A stretch of 44,712 bases of DNA, counting the filler, from Streblomastix strix (taxonomy: Eukaryota), in NCBI GenBank assembly GCA_008636045.1. It is 2 parts of 2 records of this genome, joined end to end, with 100 filler letters (N's around TTAATTAATTAA, not from the genome) between each part and the next. Parts side by side here need not be neighbours in the genome. Positions count along the whole stretch, not along the records: positions 1 to 22,309 come from SNRW01000327.1; 1 more part is not named here. One strand, given 5' to 3'. The notes beneath the pieces are model-generated. The model did not search any database. It saw nothing but the letters and a program-made list of their open reading frames with translations, and had not been told where the DNA came from. A program made the translations under genes and the position numbers. Below, piece by piece: positions 1 through 12,321 of the stretch. Position 1 is the stretch's first letter; every line of letters begins with the position of its first letter.

Positions 1-1
1 T

Positions 2-481
2 TGGAGTTTATAGAATTTGATTTTTCTGCGATGATCTTGCTTTCAAAGGGACAAACTCGGCTGCTTTTGTAGATAATCGAGGTAATGATAATTCGTTCTT
101 TGTGGATTCTAAGCTTGACGATAAAGACTTAAAAGGAGTTTTGTTTGTAGCTATATCTACTATTCTGGCGGATTAATATTTCTTTTTCAATTAAGTATCA
201 CTTTTGCCATATTCCGGAGTATTTGGCTAATTTTCATTATTTGTCGTCATAGCTCGCTCAATTTCAGTTGAAAGGGCATTAATTGGCGAATCCAACCCCG
301 GTGGAGGTTATATATTACTCAAATTATCATCATAATTTGGAGAATTATTTTGTTATCTATGTGAAAAATCAGTTTTTTCTTCGAAAGCCAATTATTCTGT
401 TTCTATGATGTTAATCGGATAAAAATTTGTTGATTATTGAGTTTGGATAACAATTTAATCAATTTAATTTGTGGATATCAT
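2..481 (-). CDS. 5' part of a low-complexity protein with a PPPGL motif and a PAM2 (PABP-binding) motif; continues beyond the window start
   Basis: ATG at 481; 160 codons without TGA when TAA/TAG = Gln (MISTNQIDQIV...). PPPGL at 293-307. PRLSTKAAEFVP at 47-82 fits the PAM2 consensus LxxxAxEFxP. Confidence 0.7.
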
Positions 482-675
482 TAATGCTGCGTTTCAGTAG
501 AGTTATTTTTCAACATTAAATAAATTGTAAAATCAAAGATAATAATCATTAAGTTTAAATCATTTTAATTTTTCATTTATAATATTCTAAATAATGAGTG
601 GCACCTCGTATAAAGGCTTCAAACACTACACGAAGCCTCAATCGCACTCCTTTCGGACAATACGGATGTGATGCT

Positions 676-1009
676 CAGGGTTTTTCCTAAGGGTGCGGTA
701 TGGCGTAGGTCTACGTCGTTCTTTTGGCCTTACCTACGCCAAACTTTTGGGGTTTCTACTCCACTTGTTTTCAATAATACATATTATATATCAATAATTT
801 TTATAAAAATTTCTCGCTCGGCTCTTCGGGCCTCGCTAAATGCCTTAAAATTTATTATAACTTATAAAAATTTTTGGGCTCGGCCCTTCGGGCCTCGCAT
901 TTACTATAAAATTTTCATTAAATTAATATTTCGTTACGCCAAACTTTTTTGATGTTTACGCCATACTATTAGTTTTTACGCCAAACTTTTGCTCTTAGGA
1001 AAAACCCTG
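676..1009. mobile_element. hAT-superfamily MITE (334 bp, non-autonomous)
   Basis: Perfect 16-bp TIR CAGGGTTTTTCCTAAG (676-691) / CTTAGGAAAAACCCTG (994-1009). Perfect 8-bp TSD GTGATGCT (668-675 and 1010-1017). Subterminal TACGCCAWAC repeats at ~697 (inverted), 736, 935, 957 and 977. Confidence 0.93.
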
Positions 1010-1967
1010 GTGATGCTAGAGAGGAACCATCGAAACCAAAAAGATAATGTATATTATTCAGATGTATATTCAAAGTGTGTTGATTTTCACTATTTGACGA
1101 TGATTTTATTTTATTTTCTTCTTGGTTTTTCTGTGTTACCGATTCAATTAAAGTAATATATGCGTACATAAGATTTCATCCCTTTTCAAACGGAAATCAC
1201 TCAACGATTTTGCCAATCTCTTCTTAAATATGACCATTTCTAGTCATTTATTCTAATTAATTCTATGTGCCTACCCAATATCAGTAATAGAGGAAAGAAT
1301 CGATATGACTCTAGCAAAAAAAAAACAATTTATTAAATCAAAAAATTATTTTTAATGATGATTTTCATTTATTTGTTCGCGCAAGAAATTTTGATTGAAA
1401 TATTCATGCCAGTGCCTCAAAAATATATCTCCATAGATTCAAATAAATTGAATTAATTAAATAGAAAAATGAAAAATTAAAAAAATTGCAAAAAAAATAT
1501 TGAAAAAATTATTTTTTTAAAAAATAAAGAATTTTTAAAAAAAAAATAAAGAATTTTAAAAAAAAAATTTGAATTTTAAATTTATTATAACTGCAGATGT
1601 AAATCCATTGATTCGTTGAAGGTTCCTATTAATGGTCATTATAGAGATAAACACTTTTACTCAATTCTTCTTAGGAGTAATTCGAGAAATGAGACGGAGA
1701 AGCATGAGACATTCGTTAGTTCGACGATTAAAATAAACTAAATGCACGTAAATATCTTAGTTAATTAGAAAATGCGGTGGACAAATTTGATGTAGATCTA
1801 AGCATTCTAGCGGACAAACATCATATTATGTTGTAATTCAATATAAAATCTAAAGAATTTAAGAATAAATGCTTTAATATCAATTGAGATTTTTATTTTT
1901 AAATCAAATTAAAGCAAGTGAAACAAAACAAATCCGTTAAAGATAATCAAAGTAAGTTGTTCCATAA

Positions 1968-2339
1968 TTGATTGAAAAGTCTACGCTTATTGATGAAGTC
2001 CTTCATACGGTTAAATTCAATTCTTCAATTAATATTATTCCTCTTACATAAACTTAACCAGAATATGAGAAAATTGAATTTAGAGGTCGACATAAAAAAT
2101 ATAGTAGACCTGTGGAAGCTGAGAAAGTAACCGCAGAGCAATGTTCACGTGCACAATAAAAATATAGAATTCAACAGCAGGATTTTCAAACAAAAGCTAA
2201 CGATTTGTAATTAATATTGATTCGTCGTCTTCAGAAAACTATCTTAACTAACATTCATAATCCACTTTAAATCAGTTTTTTCATAGGTAGAGCCGCCGAA
2301 GGTAGTGAGATAATTAATCAGTATGAACAACATCTTTGA
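1968..2339 (+). pseudogene. Degenerate small intronless ORF (..EFRGRHKKYSRPVEAEKVTAEQCSRAQQKYR..), probably from the decayed outer DNA element
   Basis: Open ~120 codons under table 6 with a basic, AT-hook-like RGRxKKY segment; no clear start codon; lies in a cluster of short ORF remnants. Confidence 0.35.
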
Positions 2340-2390
2340 TGCCGCCGAAAATATTGATGTGGATCTTCGACCTGATTTATTTTTATTTTA

Positions 2391-2594
2391 ATGAAAATGA
2401 ATTACATCACGTAAGAAGATATGCATCATGTATTCTACACATTAGCTAAAATATAAGATAAATTGGATGAAGAAGAAAAATATGATGATGAATCAATGTT
2501 TATGTTAGAGAAAGCAGTAAGTGATGCAATTCACTTTATATTAATGAATAATGAGTATTCTAGACAGAAATATTATGATCCACCTAATAAATGA
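2391..2594 (+). CDS. Small hypothetical protein (67 aa), likely element-encoded
   Basis: ATG...TGA open under table 6 (MKMNYITQEDMHHVFYTLAKIQDKLDEEEK...PPNK); no recognisable domain. Confidence 0.35.
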
Positions 2595-3574
2595 TCATTA
2601 TTTTTGTTTAATATCTCTTCTCGCTAACAGTCTATGCAAGTTAGGTGACTCATGCAATATTTAGAGTGCACATGCACTGCACGGTGACATTTGAAGGATA
2701 ATTCTTGAATTAGTGTTCAGGCATAGAGATTTACATTAAAGTATCAACTTACACGGGATGCATGGAGGATTTGATATTATCTCCTAGATACCCACCATAT
2801 CTGACAAAATCACATATAGTTTCTGATTTGGACATTCCATACTGTTATTCCAAAGCGCTAGCTTATGAGATCAAATTCATTCGCTAATAGATGAATCTAT
2901 GTGACATCTTATTTTAAGTTCCGAGTCTCCTAGTAGATCAACATACAAAAATAAATCATTAATAATATGTACTCATGTTTATATATGGCTTTAGCTTATG
3001 TTTTCTTCAAATAATATCTTGATTTAACAGCAGGTTTACCGTTCTTAGTTATGTATCTCCTATCTAGTTTGTTAAACGTTAATGTTGCAAATTCGATTAA
3101 TAGTATATCTTTTGGTTAAAGATTCATTACTTATAAAAATATTCTTCCTTATATGAATTTATTTTCATGATTTTAAATAATTTAATCTAGAAATTAATTG
3201 CAAATCTCTAGATATTATGTTCTTTAATCACGTGGATCAAACGGATTACTATATCTTATCTTGCCTTGATTAATTTATATTAAACTAAAAACGTAAAATG
3301 ATTTATGGCAATTTGAGCATCTGACATATAGGTGAAATTATATCAAGTGTATGTCTGCACTCATCATCCATTTTGTTCACTAGCCTTTCAAATTAATTCA
3401 TATTACCAGCGATATGTCATTTTGTTGGATATGTAAGGAATCTAGGAAAGAATATCAGAGTACGCATGCAACTCGATACGCCAGTGCACATAGGGAATTC
3501 ATTCAATTTATCCATGATTCTAGCACAAAAATAAGATTACACTTACTAATTTGTACGATCAGCACAGGCACTTT

Positions 3575-5281
3575 TAATCTTAAGTATTCATTACCATTTT
3601 TTTACTTCTCTTGATCAACTGCTTATGCAACGGCTTTTTTCTCTTCAATATCTTCATCTTGTACACTTTCATAAATTGGTATCATTTCTTCTTTCATCTT
3701 ATAGAATCTCTTTTAATATCCATTTACTGTTTTCGATACTAAGCTGTATAAACTATTTATCGCTAACTAATCATGTTTTAGTATCATATCTTACGGTTTC
3801 ATAACTTTACCTGTGCTATAATTATACAATCTTTAAACAATTTAAATGATCTATTATAATATCATCAACTTTTGATCTTAATGCTCATATTATATCTTTC
3901 ATAGCTTACATCATAAGAATCTTTCTTGTATTGCATGATCCAATAATTCTGGTCATAAAAAATGTGAATAAAATATTATAAAATCTTCATCAAAACTATT
4001 GCACAGGTTAGTGAAATATTCTAAATCTCTTCTATGAGTTGAGCTGCGTTTGCATACAACATAGTGTTTATCATTAATCTCTAATTTTACAGAATTATTT
4101 TTATTTGAAACAACTATTATATTCACTAGAATCTCAACTTCATGATTAGAAATACATTTTTCATTAAACACAAACGAATCTTCAGTAATAATCGACTTCA
4201 ATGCATCCATGTTTGGCGTTCTTGATTCACTACAATTCTTCATTTTATTTTTAATCGCTAACATCTTATTTTTGATAGCTGTATTAAATCTTCCAACAAA
4301 ATCATCAAAATCATTAATGTTTTAGATGAATAACCTGCTAACAGTTAACATAATATGTTAGTAAATACATTTTTTCAAATACTTTATAATCCTTGAAGAA
4401 TAATTATAGTTTCAGTTTTCTTACCTGCATCTGCACAAAAAAAGCAGATCAATTTAGTAAATATCATAAATCAATTCATTATTTGCTGATAGAGTATCTT
4501 TCATCAACCCTAAGAATTATTCCATTTTTGTCAAATACAATTCTCCTGATTGTAATTACTAATATCCTTGGAATGCACTGAAAATCTTTGAGTTTTACCT
4601 AACGAATCTTATACTTATTTTCTCAAATAGTGAATGTTATTATATTAAAGCATCAATCGCTGTATTTTGTTTCTTTCCGTCTTATCATAAACTAATTGAA
4701 AGTAATCAATAATAAATTGCCATCTTATTTTTATAATAAATTCTGTAAGTATCATATACGCAATCGTATTCTTTAATAGTATAACACCAACTGTTTTAGA
4801 AAGGTACAACATTAATTCATTTAAGCGAGTCTTCTGCGACTAATTCAAATTTATTCTAATATTATTCATTTAATGCCTTGCTAGATACATCTGTTAATGT
4901 GAATAGATCTTTCAAGTCAATCTCATGTTTATCAATTTATTTCACTGTGTTAGCTATTTTCTATAGTTTTTCACTTCATAATTCTTTTTCAATAATGGTT
5001 TAATTGTCTATTCATAGTAATCTTTATTATGGTATCTTAGGATTTTTGTAAGGATCCATGGATTAGGCTTACGTTCACCATTAGATGCAGCTTATCCGTA
5101 GTTCTTATCAGCGTTTGCAGATAGCTTATTGAATTTGCGTATATTCTTCATTCCTTCAGCTCTAATCGATTCATTACTGATTCAATATAATCCACAGAAT
5201 ATACTTAGAAGAGATATTTCCATAGCAATAGCTTGAAGATAGTTGCGAATCATAAAATTCTTTAATCCTTCGATACATGCT
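3575..5281 (-). pseudogene. C-terminal part of a primase-helicase (D5-like SF3 helicase), decayed; 3' end approximate
   Basis: Reads ACIEGLKN...NPWILTKILRYHN...YLLN*...GKKTETIIILQGLQSI*KNVFTNILC (Walker A remnant)...FVGRFNTAIKNKMLAI...MDALKSIITED...IIVVSN...VKLEINDKHYVV. Several TGA stops and frameshifts. Confidence 0.85.
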
Positions 5282-5534
5282 AATAATATATATGGGCTGT
5301 ACCACAGGACTTTAATTTAGCCGAACTATTTGTAACCATAATCCCAGCACCAAATCACAATTAGTATTAAAACTCAATTCATCAATATGTTGGGTAAATT
5401 ATTTGGATAATTCTAGGCAAATACCAATAGCACAATTCAGTGAAATTTATCAACGTAACGTATAAATGATATGGATAATTCTAAGCAAATACCTATTATA
5501 CAAATGAATACATTCATCATCTAAAATATCAACA
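5282..5534. repeat. Left TIR of the mini-Polinton, with an extra internal ~67-bp duplication
   Basis: Matches the reverse complement of 11353-11537. The unit GGATAATTCTARGCAAATACC occurs twice here (~5405 and ~5474) but once on the right. Confidence 0.9.
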
Positions 5535-5831
5535 TGAATTAATATTCAAAATTTCTCAAAAATAAATATATAATATTTAAAATTTATTAAAACATTTAAC
5601 AATTTAACTATTAATTTCTTAACTATCTATTAGATTAATTATATCAATTACTGTTGTTTGCAGTCAGTATCACTATATGCTTCACTAAACTGTGTATTAA
5701 TTAGCACAATATTGGGTGGATATGTATAAAATTTATATAAATTAAATTATTAAATTTTTCAAATAATTTCAAATGTGCGCATGCTTTATGTATCAATAAA
5801 TAAAAATATTATAGATAAAAATAATATATAT

Positions 5832-6154
5832 TCAATTACTCAAAGAGTCTGAGAGCAAAGCATTTTCAGAATTTTCATTAATATCTTTACTCTAATCATT
5901 AAGTTAATTAGTTGTCTTTGGCAACAATCCAACTTGTTTACAAAGGTATGATCTATGTTATGATATATAATAAACCTATAATTGATTATTCTTATAAAAA
6001 TTTTTCATTATTATAGTATTGTCAAATATTTATTCAATATGAACGCTCTTACAATAGATAATATTTCATAATTCTTTTTTACAAATTTACACATTTCTTT
6101 AACTAATTTGATTAATGGTATTTACATTAATAACAACTTCAATTCCTATGTCAT
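5832..6154 (-). pseudogene. Small (~105 aa) degenerate ORF divergent from pPolB inside the mini-Polinton
   Basis: ATG at 6154, a frameshift and one TGA, then open ..IIYCKSVHIEQIFDNT..YLCKQVGLLPKTT..DSLSN*; function unknown. Confidence 0.4.
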
Positions 6155-6227
6155 TTATTTAAAAATTAATATACCAAACTACATCAAAATCCATCACAAA
6201 ATATATTGTTTTTTATCATATTATAAA

Positions 6228-9200
6228 ATGACAGAAAAATACAGAATGAGTAAATAATAGATTCAAAATTTGCTAGATTAGTTATAAGTCGCATATTTAC
6301 CTAATTATATATCAGTTGAATTAAGAAACATATCAACTAATGAATTACTTCGTTTACATTATCCAGGTCATATTACTATTACAACTGAAATTGTTACATT
6401 TTTAAATCAAATTGTTGCTGAAAGAAACGAATAACAGTAATAATAATTAGAATATATTGATTAGTAACAATAACCCTAATTACAACCAATAATAGAAACA
6501 GTTAATGAATAGTAGTAATAGTTGAATAATGATTAATAATAACGATAATTATTCAAAAATTTTGTTGATATTATAAATGAATTGAATTAGTCCGATAATA
6601 CTGATGAAGATGATATATTTGATCTTGTTAAGTACAGAGCAAATTATAAAAAAAATTGATGAAAGTGGTCGAAGATAGCGTATGTAACAATTGCTACAAG
6701 CATAGCAATAAATCACTAATTAGATACATTAGTTATAAGAGTCATTACGAACAATAAATGCTATGTCGAAAGAAGAATTTGATTTGGATAATTAGATTCA
6801 ATAGCCAAAGGAAATTAATGAGAATTATAAATAGTTATTAGTTGAACAATAATTGAAATATTAAAAAAAATTAGATCAATAAGAACAATTACATCAATAA
6901 GAGATACAAGAATTGAAGGATGAACTAGTGAAATAGAATAATGCTGCTGCACTAATCCAAAAGCATTACTGATGGCATTTAGTATAATAACAGTTCCAAC
7001 AATCAATTAATGCAGCTAAAGTGATTTAAAAGCAAATAGAAGAGATATAAACTAGGACAATAATTAAAATAGATAATCATTAATTCTAGATATAAGCGAT
7101 AGGGTGAAAAATCATTTAGAATACTCAAATACCTTGAAGTAAAATTAGGTGCTAAAGAATTTAACTGAATGGTTAAAAAGCTTAATGATGAATATTATGG
7201 ATTATATAGGGATCATTTTAATGAGCCAAGTATAATAAAAACAAAATAATTTAATAAAAATAGAGATCTTGAGTAGAAAGCGTTTGCTATCTTTACACCA
7301 TAGAACTTATCAAACTATTATGCTACATTAGCTCAGGCACATAAAAAACTCTAAGAGAGGAATGAAGTCAATATTGAAGGACTATTTGATTCATTAATGT
7401 AGTCAAAAGGTGTATTCAGTAAATAGTTAAACGTTTAATACTATTATTCAAATCATTTATATTACTTATAACAACTGAAAGATAAAATTGACTATGTATA
7501 TGAATTGGAGAAACCCAAGCCATTTAAAGCATACATTGATTTTGGATCTATCTGGAAGAAAAAATAATAAGTCTATAAGCATTAACAAACATTAAGTGAA
7601 TACCATTGCTCTTGCACAAGACCAAGTGCTGATATCAGTTATAAAACTCTACCTAACACTGTAGTTCGAGATAAACAGACTAATGAACATTTCAAATAGA
7701 AAGCTGTTGATTTACTTTCAGATTATTAAGACTGTCTTCATGAAGATTCATCAACATTAAAGGTAGCACTATTTTCGATTTTGATTAATGTTTATTGATT
7801 GCTATTAGGCACTAAAATGGATAAAATATGTTAGCACTTCAACAAAGAAGGTACTACTAGAGATATTGATTGTGATTACAAATTTTGTTGATTTATAGTT
7901 GCATCATTTGCTTTACACTCTGGTATAATTGAGACAAAGAGTCGGATAAGTGATGCTATTAAATGTTCCTCTAATTCCATGACATAAATCCAAGCAGTAG
8001 ATTAAATATGGCTAATAAATAATTACTCGAATAATTTAAATGTTTCAATTAAGTAACTGATATTGAAAGATATCAATAAATATTCAAACTAAACGTAATT
8101 ACATACACATGTGATGAGATGAAACATAAAACAAATCGCAACGATGCCGAATAATTTAAAAAATTTGAAGAGCTTATTATTGATTAAAATTTTCAAACTT
8201 TTAATATTCTATTAGTTCCATTGTCAATTGTTGAAGAAGTTCATGCGATGCACTTTATTGATATTGATAATGTAATTAACGGAAAACTCTGCTCTCAGAA
8301 CTGTTTGAAAATATTTAATACTAAAAATTAACATTATTAGCGGGATTTAGCAAGGCATTTGAAAGTGTCTAATGGTCCTGAGACAGCTAAATAAGCTAAA
8401 TTAGATCATTAACCAAAGCCATATTATCCTAATTTCTCAAATAATAAATTACTACAAAAATTATTTCCAACACTCTAAACAGATTTGTTAACTCTGACGC
8501 CAAATTACATTACTTTTGACTTTGAAACAGTAGAGAACTTAATTAATGTAGCATTTATGCCGCCAACAGAGTCGATATAGATAATGTATTTGCTTAATTG
8601 TAACCATTATCTGTAGTTTCAGCTATATCTGTAAAGGGTATTATTACTATGTTATAATTTGAATTATGTAATGGATCTGATTTTATTGAATAAAGGATAA
8701 GTTAATTGTTTGAAGTTGCTATTACTGTTAACGAAGCTAATCAATCAAACATATCTGATATAACAATTGATGACAAGAATTATATTCCATACAAGCCTCA
8801 AGTATCATTTATTGGATTCAATTCTAAGAAGTTTGATATTAATCTATTATTCAAACATTTAATTAAAAATAAGACTAAAATTTAATGTATCGGATCAACA
8901 ATTTAAGCTAAATAGACAATTGTATCACATTATGATTATCATTTTGACTTGAGATTTATTGAAATATTGTCCTTCATTCCACCAAACAACACATTAAAGT
9001 AATTCGTTGAGTAATTTCGAACTAAAGGTATTAAACTAACAAAGTGTATATTTACACATGGTTCATTTAATTATGACAATTATAAATAAGTCTTTGGACT
9101 AACGGAATTATTCTTTAACGATGATTTCTATGAAAATTTAATAAAAAAATATTAGTGATGAAGATTATTAATAGTATATTAATGATTCATCTAATTTTGA

Positions 9201-11349
9201 TAATAGAAGGTAGTATCTAAAGTATTATAATATTAGAGATGTTATTTGTATGATTAACCTCATCAATCATCTAATTCAAATAACATGAGAAGAGAAAGTT
9301 GAAATGTTAGGGTGTCTATCATTAGCTCAAATTGTTAGTTAAAATAAATATAAAAGCTGTTGTGAAAATTTGACATCAATGCAAGTTATAATATAGTTAA
9401 TGGTTTTGAGTAATTCGAAGTTACTTAATACTGGTGGAATAATAAAGTTCGGGGATATAAATATCAAGATGAATATGCAAAAAGAAATACAACAAATAAT
9501 GTTAATTAGTATGATATTGATTGGATTAGATATAAAGTGGTAAGTAAAACATGTCATATATGCCACGACAAATTCACTAAAGAAAACAAATTTATATTAT
9601 ACAGAATAAATAATTCAGCTGGTCATACAAAATAGAGTTGTTAATTCGCATGTTAAATATGTAATACGGTTTAGGCTGATAAAGATGAAAATATTTGTAA
9701 ATTTAAAACATAATTAATGAAATATGCTATCTATGAACATCTACCTATGACAATTAACAATGAATATGTTTATCATATGCGAAAGGAATGTATGTAAGGT
9801 GATTTGTCTAACGTGTTTCATTAATGTAATTTGAAAGGTATCATACACATTAACAAACTTAGATACAATCATGCAACTAAAATAATAATATCATATGATA
9901 TCTAATATATAATTACTCATATTTTTGACTTAGATTTTAACTCTCTCTATCCAAGTGTATTTAATGATATTTTCAACAAAAATAATCCTTATACAAATCA
10001 TCGAATATTTCAAGCAGGTGGATTAACTAGTTATTTCAAATGTACCTCTAATAATTCAAAAATAGAAAGCTAGAGATATAATTATGAATGCTGATAGATT
10101 CAATGACAAGGGGTAACTATTTTGTGTCAAAATTAAAGGTCACATTGTTGAAAAACATATTAATTCATATATTAATTTAACACCTATATTGAGAAAATTA
10201 ACATATAAAATTCAATTGAATAGATAAGAGAATTTATGAATAATAAGATGAAATCATAACGATTAACTGTTGACGAACTAACTACAAAACTCACAGCTTT
10301 ATTATCCACATAATCAAAATATGTGCTTCACTAGTTATAGTTTATGGTTTTTGATTGATTATCGTAACTTTATTATTGATGACATTAATACAATAGCATT
10401 ATTCGATAAATACCTAGGATTTGAATCATTTGTACGTACAATGATGAGTAAGAGATAAGAAACTATTAGCTAATATAATGACACAAAATCTCTATGTTAC
10501 AAACAAATTCTAAATAGTGCTTTCGGAGGAGAAGGATAAAATAATGCTAGGTATGATAAGATATCATTTAATAGTGCTCGACAAGCGTCACTCAAATAAT
10601 TGAAACAAGATCATAAAGCAACTAGAAAGATAAGTGAAGATATATTCAATTCTGATGGTGAAGTTATTGATGAAGCATAATAAAAGATTAGTGAATCACT
10701 TAGATAATTTAAATGAAATAAGCCTCTTCAAGAAGCTGTGTTAACATTGGATAATAATAAGTTTTAGTATCTAAATTTTATACATAACTTTCTCTAATAA
10801 TGTATTGATATAGATACGGTTCACTTCTGTAATATGGATACTGATTCAATGTATTTAGCTATTGAAGGGTCAAAAGTAAAAGATTACAAGTAAAGATTGA
10901 AATATGTAAATAAGGTAAAAGAATTCTATGGTTTACATTATAGGGAATGGCTGCCATGGGATGATTGTACTGTTGCTGAAGAGAAGAAATTAATGAGTAT
11001 CATTACTGAATCATAAGGAGAAAATATCGTTTGTATCGCATGTAAATGCTACAGTACATACAATGAAAATGAATAAAATGATGACATAGTATCATTAGTG
11101 AATAGAATGAAGGTTGTAAGTGAAAAGAAGGCAGATCTAACAACTAATCTCTGTATTAAATGCATGAATGAGGGATATAACATCAATGTGACTATTAATA
11201 ATTTATAGATGAAAATGGGGGAAATGTCAATGATTAGTATTGAAAAATCAGCGCTCACAGGAATTCATAATTAAATGGTTGTATAATCTAATAATTATTG
11301 TGCCCCATTTATGTATGGAATTAGTGCTGATCATTATATAATTGAATGA
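6228..11349 (+). pseudogene. Protein-primed family B DNA polymerase (Polinton type), heavily decayed
   Basis: Q-rich N-terminus; vOTU-like DCDYKFC*F (~7868) and EVHAM; ExoI YITFDFETVE (~8506); ExoII IGFNSKKFD (~8811); HNH remnant CHDKF..RINNSAGH..CQICN (~9560-9665); motif A LDFNSLYPS (~9930); motif B YKQILNSAFG (~10498); motif C NMDTDSMY (~10831). Many frameshifts and TGAs; stop abuts the right TIR. Confidence 0.92.
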
Positions 11350-11352
11350 TAC

Positions 11353-11537
11353 TGTTGTTATTTTTGATGATGAATGTATTCATTTGCGTCATAGGTATTA
11401 GCTTAGAATTAACAATATCATTTACCCAACATATTGATGAATTGAGCTTTAATACTAATTGTGATTTATATCTTTGATTATGATTACAAATAGTGCGGCA
11501 AAATTAAAGCCCTGTGGTACAGCGCATATATATTATT
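11353..11537. repeat. Right TIR of the mini-Polinton
   Basis: Reverse complement aligns to 5282-5534. Confidence 0.9.
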
Positions 11538-12321
11538 CATGTTTTTGCAAGTTCATCATTCATCTTATCAATGGTTCCGTCATCTGTGATTTATTAACCA
11601 AATTCTCGTTTTTATTTCTTTTAAAAGTATTCCTGAAATGCTATTTCAATATCAACATTCCATTTATCTAATATATCTCATAGGTTTGCTAATTGTATCA
11701 CATTAACCTTGATATTAATAGCCTCCTATTTAAGCGTCCCTCTTTTATTATTCTTAGTTTGCATGAATGATAAATATGGACCAACTACTCGGTTCTTTAC
11801 AAGTTCTTTTTATTCTGAATCTTCTGCATAGTCTTTATTCAGTAACATCTAATCAAATATATCAATCTCCATATTATTTAATACAATACATTGCACATAT
11901 CTATTTGCAGGTAATATATATCCATTTTTATTACAATAAGCATACGAACCTCCTTATGCAGTCTTAACAAAATCTACATTAACAGGAAGAAAATTATCAA
12001 TTGAATTTTATCTTATTTTATTAATCTCTTCAAATGACAGATTCTTAATAATATCGTAATCAACCGCACATAAATTTCTATCTTCAACTAACTATAAATC
12101 AAACAATTTTCCAGTTACTTATCTTTTTTAGCCTTCTTATTTACCAATTTTAGTATAGTTTACTGTATTAATCTTTTCATTTTTAACTCTTTCAATAATA
12201 ATAAGTATTTATATTATCTCTTAATAATATTTTTATATAATTGGAGTTAATGCATCAAAGGCTTTTTTAACTTTAATTGCAATAGTTCAAATTTATTTTA
12301 ACTTTAATATTATTCATTCAT
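11538..12321 (-). pseudogene. N-terminal Prim-Pol (AEP-superfamily primase) part of the split primase-helicase gene
   Basis: Reads ..RNLCAVDYDI..(DxD)..FVKTAQGGSYAYCN (decayed TxxGGxHxY)..EIDIF..NRVVGP..DKMNDELAK, ending exactly at the TSD; one frameshift and one TGA. Confidence 0.8.

Larger units (their letters stand above)
5282..11537. mobile_element. 6.26-kb TIR element encoding only pPolB plus a small ORF (mini-Polinton / linear-plasmid-like), inserted into the primase-helicase gene
   Basis: Termini AATAATATATATG...CATATATATTATT. TIRs ~90% identical over the first ~118 bp by manual alignment. 6-bp TSD CATGCT (5276-5281) / CATGTT (11538-11543). Removing the element rejoins the interrupted reading frame (..DELAK|ACIEGL..). 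Confidence 0.88.

Noticed and set aside
3575..12321. TGA = Trp recoding in the old elements (several TGAs at expected Trp positions)
   Set aside because: Other TGAs fall at expected Gly or Arg positions and frameshifts are frequent, which fits mutational decay.
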